A stretch of DNA of 35,549 bases, from positions 1 through 35,549 of IMG/VR virus record IMGVR_UViG_3300006016_000003; one strand, written 5' to 3'. How positions within the stretch are numbered: position 1 is the first letter of the stretch; the number at the start of each line of letters is the position of its first letter. Of this stretch, positions 33,910 through 35,549 are shown piece by piece. The translations under genes and the position numbers were made by a program. Origin of the DNA: a virus. Its lineage: Duplodnaviria; Caudoviricetes. A model generated the notes under the pieces. The model made no database searches, had not been told where the DNA came from, and saw only the letters and a list, made by a program, of their open reading frames with translations.

Positions 33910-34596
33910 ATGTGGGAATTCTTAGGTACCGATATCGGGAAGATCGTGCTTGGCGCAGCACTCGGATCGGGTGGCACGCTAATCGGGACGTTGTCTGGCG
34001 GCATCAAGGAAACGATCTTTGAGGCCCGTAAACGCAAGCGCGACGCTCAATATGTCGCCATCCGTGTCGTGTGCGTTCTGGATGGCTTTGTGAACGGATG
34101 TCACAACGTCATCAATGAAATGCCGCACGTGGATTCAGCCACTGGCGAAGAGTACCCATCCGCTCAACTCCCGGTCATCGAATATCCCACAGATGTCGAC
34201 TGGCGGTCTTTAAAAACGGAGCTGATGTATGATGCTCTTTCGCTTCCGAATATCCTGAGTGACATAAAAATATCTCTTGACGAGATCGCGGATTTACAGG
34301 GCGAGCCGACGGGCGATTACTATTTCAATTATCGATACAAGGCCATCTCTGAAATTGGAATCAAAGCCCTCGACCTGATCGGCGCTATCAGCAAGGAATA
34401 CGACATTCCAGGCATCAAACGATCTGAGAGCTACGATCCGTTGACGAGCTTCACTTCGACAATCAAGCGCATGCAGGAAAAGAGGAAAAAACTCGATGAA
34501 CTGAGTGCCGATCAGGTGGCAGATTTCATGCAATCTGTCGAAGAGGTGAACGCTCGGAAGAGCCAGAAGGATCAGAGTGGGGCTGACAAAACATAA
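33910..34596 (+). CDS. Membrane-anchored helical hypothetical protein (antisense moron)
   Basis: SD GAGG; Gly-rich TM followed by RKRKR; 228 aa. Confidence 0.7.
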   Translation: MWEFLGTDIGKIVLGAALGSGGTLIGTLSGGIKETIFEARKRKRDAQYVAIRVVCVLDGFVNGCHNVINEMPHVDSATGEEYPSAQLPVIEYPTDVDWRSLKTELMYDALSLPNILSDIKISLDEIADLQGEPTGDYYFNYRYKAISEIGIKALDLIGAISKEYDIPGIKRSESYDPLTSFTSTIKRMQEKRKKLDELSADQVADFMQSVEEVNARKSQKDQSGADKT

Positions 34597-34612
34597 GACC
34601 TGTTAGCACGAA

Positions 34613-35125
34613 CTATGGCTCTGGATGACAAAACGGCAGAAACCCCATCCCAAACGGCGCTGAAATCCACTCGAAACTGCCGTCCTTCGGAAGACCACCG
34701 AGTTTTAAAAAGTGATATTCGAGGACGCGGTTTCGGTACTCATATGCTTCAAAGCGCACGTGTGTTCCGTCTTCAACTTTGGTGATAGACGTCAGGTGAT
34801 ATCCCATGCGTGTCTTCTGACTGACACAGACAGGGACGCCCCTAAAATCGAGTTCGTCGACGAGCATGGTGCAGGCGGATGCACAGACAGGAGTGTCGAC
34901 GATGAGCGATTTTCCTTGGTCTTCTAGAATGAGTGCTGCTGCCAGAAAGAAATCGATCTCACCGCCACCCTGGTACTCTTCGGGAAGACGGCACGGAGAG
35001 ACGCACGTGGCAGCCCATTCTCCCAAGGGCGACATCGCGACATAGGGGACGTGTGCAGCGTTGTCTGGCGAAGAGAATCCGCTCAGGAGCAGGGTGGTCA
35101 GGAGGATGGTGATGGACGTCTTCAT
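34613..35125 (-). CDS. Exported protein with CASAC motif (ClpP/crotonase-like fold, tentative)
   Basis: Signal peptide; GG....CASACT....GYH pattern. Confidence 0.5.
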   Translation of the reverse strand: MKTSITILLTTLLLSGFSSPDNAAHVPYVAMSPLGEWAATCVSPCRLPEEYQGGGEIDFFLAAALILEDQGKSLIVDTPVCASACTMLVDELDFRGVPVCVSQKTRMGYHLTSITKVEDGTHVRFEAYEYRNRVLEYHFLKLGGLPKDGSFEWISAPFGMGFLPFCHPEP

Positions 35126-35192
35126 GAGCGTGTCTCTGTGTAGACGTCAGTATGCTGGAGTTTGGAGGGCGTGGGTTTCCGCCGGTCAAAAA

Positions 35193-35220
35193 TAAACCCC
35201 GAAGCTGGCCCCGGGGTTTA
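35193..35220. terminator. Intrinsic terminator
   Basis: TAAACCCCG-aagctggccc-CGGGGTTTA with T tract on the minus strand. Confidence 0.65.
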
Positions 35221-35223
35221 TGT

Positions 35224-35412
35224 TCAGCAGCACATGTCGCAAAGCAGGCCTTCCGTGAAATCGATATCCCTGAGGATTTGCTTCCGCTCGCGCTTGCATG
35301 TCGTGTAGCGCAGGGTGTCACGAAGATCGCGGATATCGATCTCCAACTGATCCGCCTTGGCTTTCATTTGACGCTGACGTTGGGCATCCGTGAGTTCAGT
35401 CGATGTCGGCAT
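35224..35412 (-). CDS. Small coiled-coil hypothetical protein
   Basis: SD GGAGGA before ATG 35412. Confidence 0.55.
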   Translation of the reverse strand: MPTSTELTDAQRQRQMKAKADQLEIDIRDLRDTLRYTTCKRERKQILRDIDFTEGLLCDMCC

Positions 35413-35548
35413 ATTCGAATCCTCCAAAGCCGTCTGATTTGCATTCCAGTATTGCGATCAGGTCTTCTTTCATTGTGCGTTTCTTGGGTGCCTTGGCGCG
35501 GGGCTTGAAGGTGATGACGTTTGAGGGCTGGGACGGCTTCGGGATGCT
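35396..35548 (-). CDS. 3' end of an ORF entering from the right edge
   Basis: Open frame ...SNVITFKPRAKAPKKRTMKEDLIAILECKSDGFGGFEYADID* overlapping the next start. Confidence 0.4.
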   Translation of the reverse strand, partial: SIPKPSQPSNVITFKPRAKAPKKRTMKEDLIAILECKSDGFGGFEYADID

Positions 35549-35549
35549 A

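Larger units (their letters stand above)
476..35549 (-). mobile_element. Lambda-like siphovirus prophage (partial; extends beyond the right edge)
   Basis: Complete head-tail-lysis module in canonical order; begins directly after an intact tRNA with an AT-rich junction. Confidence 0.93.

Noticed and set aside
1-35549. CRISPR array, diversity-generating retroelement, retron or IS element
   Set aside because: No regularly spaced repeat-spacer array, no reverse transcriptase (YxDD) ORF, no TR/VR pair and no transposase seen

Overview
Left part of a temperate lambda-like (GpA terminase, cos-packaging) siphovirus prophage in an alphaproteobacterium, probably Rhizobiaceae, integrated at the 3' end of tRNA-Pro(CGG) (399-475). 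Only bases 1-475 are host. The prophage runs off the right edge, and no integrase, repressor or replication genes are in the window. On the minus strand, from right to left: middle genes with a probable late regulator, a cos site, terminase, portal, protease-capsid fusion, tail genes (with a G/GT frameshift), tape measure, tail tip and fibre, a T5 A1-like HTH-metallophosphoesterase, morons, and a holin/SAR-endolysin/spanin cassette. Next to att lies an accessory block with an SphI-like type II restriction-modification pair. The most unusual signal is non-coding. A repeated CGCCGGC box lies exactly 25 nt from a -10 hexamer in five of eight copies found. Five genes downstream of such boxes have SD-occluding hairpins. 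Two candidate structured RNAs present an anti-Shine-Dalgarno UCUCCC loop, one with 11-nt complementarity to the RBS of the A1-like gene. A second, separate TTGTATATA promoter/terminator cassette is duplicated around two morons. All calls come from manual reading and remembered family motifs; no searches were run.
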